Shown in pieces: positions 14,001-26,045 of a stretch of DNA of 64,000 nucleotides. The notes beneath the pieces are model-generated. The model did no database searches. It saw only the letters and a program-made list of their open reading frames with translations, and was not told the DNA's origin. The stretch spans positions 12,960,001-13,024,000 of the forward strand of contig NC_045697.1 of assembly GCF_009834535.1 (NCBI RefSeq), in the 5' to 3' direction. A program made the position numbers and the translations under genes. Positions within the stretch are counted from its first letter, which is position 1. Every line of letters begins with the position of its first letter. Origin of the DNA: Camelus ferus. Taxonomy: Eukaryota.

Positions 14001-14190
14001 CGCCATTGCTACCTTGTGGGGAGGTTACAGCAAACAAATGATTGCCCACCTAGACTAGGGACGCGAGCTGCTAGTTTCTCTCCTCTCTCCAGATTCATAG
14101 TCACTGGCTATTCCTAGCCGCTCTGCTCTGCCACATATTTTTACAAACTTTGTCTAATTTAATTTTCCCAGCAAAGCAGGGGGAGGGAGA

Positions 14191-14419
14191 AGTGTTCTTG
14201 CCCTCTGCATGCTGCCGTTGTAGTTCCTGCAGCCGGAGGAGTTAAGTGCGTGAGGGTCAGGTGTGGAACGGAGATTCAAACTTTGATGTTCTTGTTTTAA
14301 GTGAGCACTTTTTCTCTACCTCACAACCCAGGGAATAAATAAACCTTAAGCATATCACATGGTCAGTTCCTGACAAGCCCAGCACAAATAGCAGGACTGT
14401 ACCTAATCCTGAATTAAAA
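14191..14419 (+). repeat. Local direct duplication, copy 1 (copy 2 at 15945-16169)
   Basis: Shared blocks ggaggagttaagtg, gtgagggtcaggtgtggaac, tcacaacccagggaataaataaaccttaa, catatcacatggtca and tcctgacaagc. Confidence 0.95.
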
Positions 14420-14557
14420 CCTCAATCCTCTGAATCCTATGCTTCTTTATTATACCTGTTAGTGCTTGTATTACATTTTTTATATCAAAAATCATGAGAC
14501 TCTCCCATACTAGAATTAACATTGAAGTATTTCCTACAATTCCAATCTTTCCAACAC

Positions 14558-14590
14558 ATTCATTCATTCATTCATTCATCCATTCATTCA
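14558..14590. repeat. (TTCA)n tetranucleotide repeat, probably an L2 tail
   Basis: Directly visible. Confidence 0.85.
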
Positions 14591-15174
14591 TACCTCCCAT
14601 GTTTGGGGCCCCAGGAACACAGAAATACATATAACAAGCAAAATCCAGAGGTTCTCATTCCAACTTTTGTTGAATGAATGAAATACAGCCTCTCTTGACT
14701 ATTTTAGTTACTCCCCTAAATCCCTGGAGATATAAATTATCCTTTCATAGCTCTTCACTCACACATGTTTTTTATTTTAGGATTTTTTCCCCCCACCAAG
14801 TATGTATATCTAGCAAGTGATACTTAAGGTCTGGAAAATAAGTTCTCACGTGGTAGGACCTTTTGTCACCTATTTCAAAAACAAAGTCCACATTTCTCCT
14901 TCATCTTACTTTTGCTTTTACAGCCATAAACTTGTCTGTATTCATTATAATCATAGTCACTGACACAGATAATCAGCCCAGTATGTGGAGGGGATTTTCA
15001 GAATTTTCACAAGGCTGGAGAAGGGTTCCTTGGGTGAAATTTAACCAGGTCCACATTAAATTTTTGTGCTTGCATGGAATACATTTTCAGGTTTTTACTT
15101 TCTAATGTATCCACTCTTGTGAATAGTACCTCCACACCTGCATTTGTTTTTTTTTTTTTTAATATTTCCTGGCA

Positions 15175-15790
15175 TTTTTCATTTAAAAATAATTTTATAA
15201 TGCTTTTAGATTAAAAAAAAACATTTGCAAAGATTATAAATATAGAGTTCCCATATTTATTTTGCCCCGCTTTCCCCATTGTCAACATCTTATATTTCCA
15301 TGGTTCATTTGACAAAATTAAGAAATTGACATTAGTACATTACTATTACCTAAAGCCCAGTCTTAATTTTGATTTCACCAGTTTTTCCATTAACATCCTC
15401 TTTCCCAGTATCTAGTTTGTACCACATGGCACTGTCCTATCTCCACAGTGCTTCTAGTCTGTGACACTCTTCTCTTAGTTTTCGTGGCTTTGACAATCTT
15501 GAGGATTGTTAACATTCTTAGAATTTCCCTCAATCTGCATTTGTCCGAGGGTTTCCTCATGATTAGATGAGGGATATAGGTTTGGGGAAGAACACCACAG
15601 AAGTGAAGTGCCTTTCTCATCTCATCAGGTCTGCTACGTGACGTCCACGTGCTATCACTGACGATGTTGAATTTCACCAGTTGGTTAATGCAGTGTTTGG
15701 GGAGCTTTCCTCACTGTGCAGTTGTTATTTTCCCCTTCCCTGTGCTATTCTTTGGAAGGAACCACCAATTCTAGCATGTTTTCAGGGGAG
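15175..15790 (-). mobile_element. Old L1 3' end (L1MC/L1MD-like)
   Basis: ttgcaaagattataaatatagagttcccatat...ggggaagaacaccacagaagtgaagtgcctttctcatc resembles recalled L1MC-class 3' UTRs. Confidence 0.7.
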
Positions 15791-15944
15791 ACTAGAGAGA
15801 ATCTATACTCTGCCATCCTGACAGTTGGAATTAGTATTAGTCCATAACAAAGCTTTGCTACTTCATAACTATTTGGAAATTCGTTGTTTAAGATCACAAT
15901 ATCCCCTTAAATTGCTTGATAAAAACTCTCTCTATATACAGATA

Positions 15945-16169
15945 AGTATTCTCATCCTCTGCATGCTACTGATGAAGGTACTTGTAGCTGGAGGAGTTAA
16001 GTGTGTGAGGGTCAGGTGTGGAACTGAGATTCAAATTTTGATGTTCTTGCTTTAAGCACTTTGTCGCTATATCACAACCCAGGGAATAAATAAACCTTAA
16101 CATATCACATGGTCAAGTCCTGACAAGCTCACTACAAATAGCAAGACTGTATCTAACCTTGAATTAAAA
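15945..16169 (+). repeat. Local direct duplication, copy 2
   Basis: Aligns colinearly with 14191-14419. Confidence 0.95.
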
Positions 16170-16272
16170 AAATACACAGGTATGTATATACATATATATG
16201 TAACTGAATCACTGCTATACTCCTGAAACGAATACAACATTGTAAATCAACTATACATCAATTAAAAAAAAT
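16170..16272 (+). mobile_element. Short L1 3'-end fragment
   Basis: gtaactgaatcactgctatactcctgaaacgaatacaacattgtaaatcaactatacatcaattaaaaaaaa is a typical cetartiodactyl L1 terminus. Confidence 0.8.
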
Positions 16273-16544
16273 ATTAAATTCCTTTAAAGGCTTGTTGAGT
16301 GACTTTCCAATAACATAGCTGGACAGTTCTTTCCCAGGGGATAGCAAGCCAAAGTGTTTTGTTGCATTCCTGCCCTTCCACCAGCCTCCAAGGAACAACA
16401 TTCCTTTTACACCTTATTTTATATTATCAAAAACTTAGGAGTCTAGCCTCAATCCTTTCAAAAGTCTCTTCCAAAACGAAGAGCTTCCAAAAGCTAAAAA
16501 TTTATATTTTCTAATGAGAACAGTCATGCTGAATCAATAGACAG

Positions 16545-17550
16545 ATGTGAATTCTGATCACATTGTTTTAGGCAAATTACCTAACGTCTCTGAGACTCAG
16601 TTTCTTTCTTTCTCTTTTTTTTAATTTTAACTTTAACAACCTTTATTGGTTTTCTTTGATTGCTTCTGGCCCGGCATTGGAAGGGCTGTCTGGGTTCTTC
16701 TGGCTTTGTTTCTGGGCTTCTACAGCTGCAACTTTTAAGGCTCTTTTTTGCTCCTTTAGCTTTTGAACCTTCTGGAAAAGCCACATGCACAGAGCATTCT
16801 TGGTCACCAAGCAGCGGTGGGTTTTTTGATAGAACAGAGCGGGAAAGGTGTACTCAGTCCTCAGTTCCCTGCTTGTCTGCTCAAAGACAGCATAGTTGGT
16901 CTTACTGAGTTATTTGAGCATCTTTTTCCTCACCGCTCATCAGCAAATAGCACTTGTGGCTTGGTTCTTTCGATATCTCTGCATATGTTCTTTCTAATTG
17001 TGGAACTTGACCGTCAAGGTAACAATTTGAGCATGCAGAGAGCTGGCGTTCTCAGAGTTTTCCACCACCTTGTTCATCAGCAGAGTTTTCTTGATTTTTA
17101 GGTTCTCCTTCTGTTATTTCCAAAGACAACAAGGAGATAAATAGCAGATCATGGGTAAATAGATATATTTCTTTTTACTCTGGAAAAGGCACTTCTAATA
17201 AGCATGTCTGTTCACAACATCATCAACCTTCTCAATTTCAGGGATGTTCTGGTAGTCCTTGAGCAGCATGGAAAGAGGCAGGACATCTATTTGGCTGGCA
17301 GCCTGAGGATGAGACCTCCAGGAGGTGAGGGAAGGCACCACTGGCTGGAGGGAAGCCTGGCGCATGCTCCGCCCAGCAGTGGGAGTACTGGAGCCGGGGT
17401 CACTGTTTGGGTTCAGTTGAGCTCCACGTCTTCCATGCCACCCTCACCATGGTGACCGAGACTCAGTTTCTTGATCAGTACAAACTGATTAAATATAATA
17501 ATGTCTCACGTGGTTTTGAAATATATAAAATTTCTAATTTAAATATGCAT
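16545..17550 (+). mobile_element. MIR SINE split by the MRPS15 retrocopy (halves ~16545-16606 and ~17458-17550)
   Basis: Joining the flanks gives ggcaaattacctaacgtctctgagactcagtttctt|gatcagtacaaactg...ataatgtctcacgtggttttga. This resembles the MIR core ggcaagttacttaacctctctgtgcctcagtttcctcatctgtaaaatgg. Confidence 0.75.
16607..17457 (-). pseudogene. MRPS15: Processed (retro)pseudogene of mitochondrial ribosomal protein S15
   Basis: The minus strand begins GGTCACC-ATG (ATG at 17450), giving MVRVAWKT. It continues with [21 protein letters not shown] (17269-17207) and ends [86 protein letters not shown] (stop 16645-16643). These match recalled MRPS15 motifs ([51 protein letters not shown]). It is intronless, with frameshifts, in-frame stops, AATAAA overlapping the stop, a decayed poly(A), and a 15-bp TSD gagactcagtttctt at 16592-16606 and 17458-17472. 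Confidence 0.95.
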
Positions 17551-18488
17551 ACATTAAATGCTGTTTTCCTCCTTGAATTGAGACTTCTCATGGTCTAAAG
17601 AAAACTTCGAATTATTAGATGTGGTCTTAAATTCTGATCCTATCCTTAGGAAAATTACTTACATTTTTTGAGATTCAGTTTCCTCATCTATAAAGAGTAG
17701 CTGATATAATGATTTTCTTATCATTTGTTGATGTTCAAATGAGGTTATGTATAGGAAATATCTGATTCAAATATGTCATCATATAGACTTTGTTCTTTTC
17801 TCTCTTTGGATTCCATCCTGATTTTAGTTGTATTTGCCCAAAAGAAGAGACAGCATTAAGATAGCAATCTGTTCCAATGAAGAGAGAACATAAGCTTTCA
17901 AGTCAAGGAGACCCAGGAGTGAATTCTGGCTCACCGACTCATTAATGCTTGCAATGTACCTTTCAGCTTCTCCAATTTCCTCATTTGTGAAATAGTACAA
18001 ATAGTGTTGGGAAGGTTAAACCAAGTAATGTATTCAAAAATGGTGTTGTTTATTTTTTGAGGTATGAGTGCTAAAAAAAATAATGCTTTTAATATATAAG
18101 TAAAGTGAATCAGATTTTTACCTTATTATAGAAAATTTATTTTCAATGAATATTTCTGAAACTATAACTAGATTAACCTCAGTTTGAATTACAGCTCTGA
18201 GAAATCATCAGGAGAAATGTTCTGGGTAACAATGGCATTAAACCCCTTTATGGATTAGCCACCTATTCAATACTCAACTAATATTGACTGAGCACCTACT
18301 GTGTGCTGGTGTCTTTTCTGGTCACTATCTATTCTAGGCTGTTTGAAAGCATTCTTTCCCACATAGTTTAAGATGGTGTCAGTAAAAAGTCTTCAAACTA
18401 ACTACATAATTATAAACATTTGGTTATCACATCATTACATCATGAGCTATATTCAATAAAAAAATGAAACATAAAAAAGACATTTCAG

Positions 18489-19020
18489 AAATGTCCATCA
18501 ACAGATGACTGGATAAAGAAGATGTGGTATATTTATACAGTGGAATACTATTCAGCCATAAAAAATGACAACATAACACCATTTGCAGAAACATGATGTC
18601 CCTGGAGAATGTCATTCTAAGTGAAGTAAGCCAGAAAGAGAAAGAAAAATACCATATGAGATCGCCCATATGTAGAATCTAAAAAAAAAAACACACACAC
18701 ACACACAAAAAACATAAATACAAAACAGAAACAGACTTATTGACATAGAATACAAATTTGTGATTGCCAAAGGGGCGGGGGGTGGGAAGGGACAGACTAG
18801 GAGTTCAAAATTTGTAGATACTGACAGACATATGTAGAATAGATAAACAAAATTATACTGTATAGCACAGGGAAATATATACAAGATATTGTGGTACAGC
18901 TCACAGTGAAAAAAATTGTGACAATGAATATATGTATGTTCATGTATAACTGAAAAATTGGGTTCTACACTGGAATTTGACACATTTTAAAATGACTATA
19001 ACTCTATAAAAAAATTTAAA
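18489..19020 (+). mobile_element. Young 5'-truncated LINE-1 (end of ORF2, 3' UTR and poly(A))
   Basis: Contains aaatgtccatcaacagatgactggataaagaagatgtgg, an L1 3' UTR and an A-tail. Perfect 16-bp TSD aaaaaagacatttcag at 18473-18488 and 19021-19036. Confidence 0.95.
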
Positions 19021-19649
19021 AAAAAAGACATTTCAGGACAGTAAATGTTATATTTGCAAGAATGCTAGCCAGGGGTTGAGTGTTGCTTTCTGTATCTAAG
19101 GTGATACTTCATAGATGACAATACAATGTGCCTCAGGTAAGTCGGATTAGCACTGAGACCCTCTCTGAAGAGCACCTGAAAATTACGGGGGTTTTCTATA
19201 AACTTCATGGATATTTCCCCGAGTTTGGAAAGAAAAAAAAAAGGCTCTAATTCTGGAGCAGAGCAATTCTAGCAGAAGGCTGATGTAGATCTTACCTCTG
19301 CTGTCAGTTAAAATATTTTTTTCTCATGGACTCCTGGAACACTGAGGCCATGGATTTGCTCCAAAAGAGATCAAATTGTGCACTTTTTATTAACACTGTA
19401 CATATGTCAATAATAATTCTTTGGAAAATTAACCTAAACTGGGCTTGATATATGAGTATCAGAGGGCTTTTAAGCTCTCAGTGTAGGATTATTTATCTGC
19501 TAGGTAATGTTACAGCTAGAGAAGGGTAAACATATGTGCATAGGGCAAAGAGTCATGATCTATATAATAAGGTATTTTAATTAGTGATACATGACATATT
19601 AGCATGACTATCAGAAGTGCCTTCTCCAGATTAAAAAAAAAAAAAATTA

Positions 19650-19860
19650 CCCATGATCTACTACTTCCTTATTGTGTGGCCCTGGGAGACCTTCTCTAAC
19701 TCCTTTACAGCTGGGTTTCCACCTTTATGCAACAGAACTGAGTCAATTCTCTAACTTAGGGGTTAACGTAATGATTAACTTAAACTGATGAGTCTAACGT
19801 GCCTGGTGCAGAGTTTTGTGCACCTTAAGTGCTCAATGAATAACGTTCAGTATTTTTGTC
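19650..19860 (+). mobile_element. MIR SINE
   Basis: ctactacttccttattgtgtggccctggg...taagtgctcaatgaataacgtt. Confidence 0.6.
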
Positions 19861-20319
19861 ATTTTAGTACCATTATTATTGTAATTTATGATAGTAGTAA
19901 TGATGGCCTGACACCAATGAGAAGAAAGATCTCCCAAATATTCTCCACTATGTTAATTTTGCACCTTGCTTATTCCACAGCCATTTCCAGGGTATTCTAC
20001 CTCTATTTCTTACTGCAATGTGACTCACACTGAGGTTGTTCTTTGCAGAGAATCTAGGGGGAGCTTGTGGTACAGAAATTAACAAAGCACCAGCTAAAAT
20101 AAAGAAGTTTGTTTACTGGAAGCTACCTGAGCTTTGAAGTAAAACAGAGCTGGGTTTGGCTTGCCCTCTGTCATTTGCTATCTCTGTAACCTTGCACATG
20201 TCTCTTAGTTTCTTACTCCTCAAATTCCCATCTGTAAAGGAAATAAATCATATCCATCTCCCAGGGTAGTATGAAAGTTCAGAAGATAAAGAACATGTAA
20301 AAATGAAGAAAGTGAAATA

Positions 20320-20660
20320 CAAAAAATTCAAATAGAAAAATGAATAAGAGACATAAACTTTTCACAAAAGAAGAAACATAACTGACTGTTAAATATATGG
20401 CAAGATTTTCATTTTCAATAGTAATATGGAAAATGCAAGTAATACCATAATGAGATACCATTTTACCTATCAGATTGACATTAAAAAAATCTGACAACAT
20501 TAAATACTGGTGGCAGAATAGAAACTCTGATTCATGGTGGCCAGAGAATAGTACAACTATTTTGGAAAACAACTTATCATTAACCAGTGGAGCTGAAAGT
20601 TTGCATACACTAGGACCTAACCATTTTGCTACCCAGTCTTTACAGAGAGGAACTATTTTA
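20320..20660 (+). mobile_element. Old L1M fragment (ORF2 3' region)
   Basis: ttcacaaaagaagaaacata...aaatgcaagtaataccataatgagataccattttacctatcagattg. Confidence 0.75.
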
Positions 20661-21379
20661 GGAAAAGAAGAGAACATGAAGATGATTGACATTTTTATCA
20701 CCATTTATATGCCAAGGGCTTTACAATGTCTTTTATTCTCTCAGACGTTCTGTAAATGTGGCTCTTAACTCCAGATAAAATATTCATGTGGAGCAATCCT
20801 TACAGATCATACTCTAGAGTATCATTTATAATTTCTTGATTTAATTAAGTACTGGCCCCTGTACAGACATATGTACAATGTGTCAGTTATTCATCCGGGG
20901 GACTGATTAGACATCATGTCAGAAGGATAGGGTGGGGAAATCAGTGGAGATACCTGCTTTGCATCCTGTCTGAGGTCTACACGAAATCTGAGTTTTAGCC
21001 TCTGCTGTCACTTAGCCAGTAGTTAGCCTTTCCAACAGGGTTCATAAATTACTCTTCAAATAAACTTTACTCATAAATCACTAGTTTCTAGTAATGTATT
21101 ATAGGATTTTTACACTAGATCCCAGACATTTTCCTCCTCTCGTTACAAGATACCATTCTGCTTGGTGATAGGAGATGGGTACACATGATGAGCAATATGC
21201 CACCGTATAATTCCATAGCAGAACACTTTGAAACAAGCCCTCTTAATCAAGTGCTGCATAATAGATTCACCAGGCAGACAAAGCTCCTGCTTCATGGGGT
21301 AAAACATATTGACATGGACACACTTTCAGTCTCAGGGTCTCAAGTCTCCTTTTTCAGTTTGTTAGCATATTAGTTCTCT

Positions 21380-21890
21380 GATTTGCTGAGTGGTATTTTT
21401 ATCCAGAGCCAGCTTTCTATGCTTCCCAGGGTGATTGTGTCAATATTCCTTGTCTTTATACTGATGGAATTTTACTTAATATTGCATAAATTTGTTAAAT
21501 AAAAAATGTGAAAGGAGTTTTTATAAGAAAACTATGTGTAAAGAGTCAATAAAGAGAATTCCTTAAAATACCGTGGAATTAGGTGTAGGTGAGACAATTA
21601 AGATAAGGAGAACAATTAAAAGTCTAAGGCAAATACAAAGGACTGATGTATTTCATGAGTCGTTCTAAACCCTTGCTTCAGTTTAAAGAACCTGGAACTG
21701 GTAATTGTGTAAGATGCATTAGGGGTGAAATTTATGTAAGAAAGATAAAGGAAATGCAAAGATGGACATTGGCATGTCGTCTTTGTATGTTTTAAGTTTT
21801 AAATGTTATGTTTCCCTGCTGCATCAACCTTTACAATTAATTGATCAATTGTCTTTTCTGGTCAGGTTTGATAAAGGGGATTCTACAGTA
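21380..21890 (+). mobile_element. Tigger-family (Tc1/mariner-pogo) DNA transposon remnant, Tigger15-like
   Basis: gtggaattaggtgtaggtgagacaatt translates VELGVGETI, resembling the pipsqueak-type HTH of Tigger/Jerky transposases. TIR-like end ggggattctacagta at ~21890. Confidence 0.5.
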
Positions 21891-22978
21891 GTGATAAAGT
21901 TTCATCATCTAATACAGGTAATTAGAAGAAAAGAGCCTGCTTTAGGCAGGATTGTATGTGCAGACAGTATACAAGGACATTTTCTCAGCTAATTCTAAAA
22001 TAACGAGCACCTGTATATTAGTGTAGAGCCCCTTTTCTGAAGATGTTTTAAACTCAGGACCCCTCCCTCCTGGTTACTGGGTAAGTTACTTTTTGTTTGG
22101 GGACCAGATTTGATTTATGCCAAGGACCTTATGCATTCAATAAAAATTTGTTCATCTGAAACCCTAAATTCAAGAATTTTGTTTTTCTAAGAGTCAAACA
22201 CCATGATGTTGTAGGCTCAATGTTAAAGCTCATACTTGTCCCGGGATATACTTTTCTGGGTTAATGTAGTCGTGGGGGTGTGTGATTGCCCAGAGCCCTC
22301 TTGTGGGTTCCTCATGGTGTCCAGCAGTAAGCTGGAGGAAAGATCTTCCTTCTTCTCTAGCTCTGGGAGGTGAACAGCACAGATTACCTAATTCAGGCTA
22401 CAATGGAGGTAACAGTGGGAGTGGCCACCAGTCATCCTTGTCAAGTTAAACACAGTGCCTGTAGCAATTCTCAAAAATTCTTAGCATTCAGTTTCCTGGT
22501 GCCAAGACAGATTGATTAGCAGCTCTGCTCCTTCCAAAACACCGTTATTCAGGGATGCTTGTCTCTTCCACCACTCCCAGTGTTCAGGTGACTCACACTG
22601 CCATATAAGCATGGACTTAAACCTTACAAATCAGTCGTGTTTTCCATTACGGAAATGTAATGGTGGTACCTAAGGAGGTAGAGGATGGTTGTGGCTTAGA
22701 ATGGATTATCACCACAGGGAATAAAAAAAAAAAATCTTAAAAATGCAATGGAGATCTTAAAAAGTGAAAGGAAGAGGCAGAGCTATGACCCCCTTCCTAT
22801 TAGTCTGCAACTTGCTGGTGTCTTTACTAGCAGTTCACTTGGAGCCACCTGAGCTCCTGAATCATTGATCTAAAAGTCAAAGCTTCATTCTAATAAAAAT
22901 AACAGTTAGCATATGCTGAGATCGTATTGTGTTCCAGGGGTCTTAATAAGGGCTTCTTGTTTTATTTAATGTTTTAAT

Positions 22979-23165
22979 CAGTGGTTATTGAACATTAGTG
23001 TGTGTAAGAGTTTCCCGGTGAGCTGCTAAAATGCAGATTCACAGCTAACACCTCCCATCCGCTAGTTCAGATTCAGAGTCCTGGGGCAGGATCCCCAAAT
23101 TTGCATTTTCAGCAAGCTCACTCTGGTGCTACAAGCCTAATAGACAAAGGCTGAGTAGCTCTGCT
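22979..23165. mobile_element. MER5A/MER5B-type hAT element
   Basis: cagtggttattgaac...gctgctaaaatgcagattc...aatttgcattttcagcaagctc, with an internal palindrome. Confidence 0.7.
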
Positions 23166-24534
23166 GATGATTCTCTGAGTCAGCTGCTGCTGAAATTATC
23201 CCTATTTCACCCATTAGCAAATCTAGTCAGAGAAAGGGGGTAAGTCACTTTCCCAAGATTAAAACATAGGAAAATGTGGAACCAGGATTTGAGTTTTACA
23301 ACAAAATCCACTATCTTAGCTTCTGTATATACTATACCTTGACCCTGGGTTCTACTTCCTTTTCAGTTTGATTACTGAATTAGGTCCTTGTCGTGCCTGG
23401 ATGAGTTTGATCGGCACACCGCAAGCTCCTATGGTGAACAGAGCTGTGGGGGAAATATTCTCACTGGTTTCTATTTCACCAAAAGAAGCAGAGTGGCTAC
23501 TGGGACTAGAGGAATGATATCCTGGTAACATTTTCTGGTAATCTAAAAGTATAGAGTTCCAGACTCAGGTTGCCAGGGTTTGTGAATAGCAGCTAAACCT
23601 CTGGCAACATTCCAGGCTCTCAGCAGGACTGGAGATTTTGAATGGACCATATTTCTTTGTTGACTTTCTCAAAGTAAAATTAATCATGGCTGGACATTGT
23701 TTAGAAATGTCTGGGTGTATATTCACCAATAATTGATTTGTTTCCACATGAACACCTTGTTTTCCATGCAAATAGTTCTCCTTGATGGGTGATTTTATTC
23801 CTTTTCGTGCATGCCAGGGGGCAGTGTGGTTTAACGGTAGTGATTATGTGTTTCTTGAGACCTTGTTCTTGTTCTCCGAAATCTGTGCTTATAATCTATA
23901 GACGGATGGGGTATGAGTCTTTCTACGACTCTCAGTTAAGCCTAATTTCTAAAATTGAGAAGCAGAGAGCTTCTCAAATATTACACTATTTCTCCAGCCC
24001 AGGAACCCTAAGCAAATCTAACTTTTTGAGGATAGCTTTATCAACAGGAATGTAGCTCAACAGTAATACAGAGTATAAATTTTACAGAGTTAGTGTTGAA
24101 TACCTATTTAAACATCAGACTAAAATAAAGGCATAGCTAAGTGGAATCTAGCATTTATATAAATATCATTCATTAGCAGAGTGCTGAGCCAAGAGACGTT
24201 GTAGAGTGGGATTAAGAGGAATTTAGTGACCTTTCAGGACTTTGGGATAACCATTGAGGACAATATGTCTTGACTATTTTTGACACTTCAAGGACTCAAT
24301 CCTTGAAATGCAGGGGCATCATGGCAAGAAAGACATTTGTCTTATGGATTGAGAGCTCCATATACAGCTGATGTGTTTTATCATGATTGTAGCTATCTTT
24401 CTATGAGCCCTCAAGTGTACATATACAAAGCAAATCTATTTGTTATTATTACTATTTGGCCTTGAGGAACTTCCTAGCCAATGAGTTTAAATTTATGTGA
24501 GTACAGAGGGCTTTTTTATGTTCAATAACATGAT

Positions 24535-24755
24535 GTGATGGTTGAGTGTACTCCTGAAGTCAGATGCCAGGGTTTGAACACCATCTCACCATTTACAAAG
24601 TGTGTGATGTGATCTTGGGTGAGTGAACCATCCTCTCATCTGTACAATGAGATCCATAGGGCCAATGAAAGGGTTAAGTGAGTTAATGTATGTAAAACAT
24701 TTAGAAAGTGCCTGGTACCTAGTAAATGCTACATCAAATATAAGTGTTAATTATT
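24535..24755 (+). mobile_element. MIR SINE
   Basis: gggttaagtgagttaatgtatgtaaaacatttagaaagtgcctggtacctagtaaatgct. Confidence 0.8.
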
Positions 24756-25493
24756 GCAATTTGTGTCCACAAAGTCAAGAATAAGAGCAGGTGGATGAGC
24801 CACTGTGACCTCTTTTGCCAGGTCTTTACCCTGATTGCCCTTGCAGTCTTTTCATGAAAAGAACCACAAATTATTCTACGGAAAGATAGCAGCTCTTCTA
24901 TGCACTCTATTCCGGATCTTCTTTGCTCTGGGCTTCACACTAGTTTCTGGCTGGAAATGGGTCCCTCTGAAGGGAAGTCAGTTCCAGGCCTGTCTTGCTG
25001 CAGCAACTCTGAAAGAGACGCATTGCAAAAAGGAAAGAAGCTATTCATGGAAAAGGGTTTTTAAAACCTTATACCTCCTTCTAAATATTTGGCTCCCCCA
25101 AAGTCTTGGTTCATTTTTTTTTCTCCTAAGAATAAATTTGTCTGTAACAGATTCGTCTTTCCTATCTCCTTTTGGATAAAGGCAGAGACTCAGAAGCAGC
25201 ACCATGTGAAGTCACCTTTACGTGTGAAGTCACCTTTATGTTAGAGTACAGACGCTAAAGGGGACAGTCTAAAGCATGTTGTGTGCTGCACTAAATGCAC
25301 CACTGTGGCCGCTTCGCTGTCAGATCTTGGTCACCCTACTTTTGATTTTGTTTTGATGATAAAGGTTTTAATTATTATAATCCCACAGCATATATTTCAG
25401 AAACTTTTTTCTTTTGTTTTATTACATTTTATCCACCCCCTAGAAAATTCAAATGTTAAATCTTTAGTTTCGCAGACATATATTGTCATTGTC

Positions 25494-25996
25494 TTTTTTT
25501 TTCAGCTTTATTGAGATATAATTGACATACAACATTGTGGAAGTTTAAACTGTGCACCATGTTGATTTGATACACATATATTGCAAAATGATTACCACCT
25601 CTATTACATCATAAAATTACCATTTCTTTTTTGTGATTAAAATATTAAAATACTTACTCTCTTAGCAACTTTTAATATAGAAGGCAGTATCCTTAGCTAT
25701 AATCACCATGCTGCACATTAGATCCTCAGAACTTATCTTGCAGCTGGAAGTTTGTACCCTTTTGAGCAATATCCCATTTCTCTCATACTCCAGCCCCTGG
25801 TAACTACCATTCTACTCTCTGTTTTTATAAGCTTGGGCTTTTTAAAAAATTTAGATTGCACATATAACATATATTATACACTATTTGTCTTTCTCTGTCT
25901 GACTTACTTCACTTAGCATAATGTCCTCAAGTTTCATCAATTTTATTGTAAACTGCAGGATCTCCTTCTTTCTCATGGTTGAATAATATTCCCTTG

Positions 25997-26045
<49 letters not shown>

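Noticed and set aside
17130..17205. Insert as a retained MRPS15 intron
   Set aside because: It has no GT...AG ends in the gene orientation and it matches local DNA at 19603-19670.
16581..17455. ORFs 16581-16790, 16660-16908, 16763-17101 and 17204-17455 as genes
   Set aside because: They are antisense or off-frame readings of the MRPS15 pseudogene.
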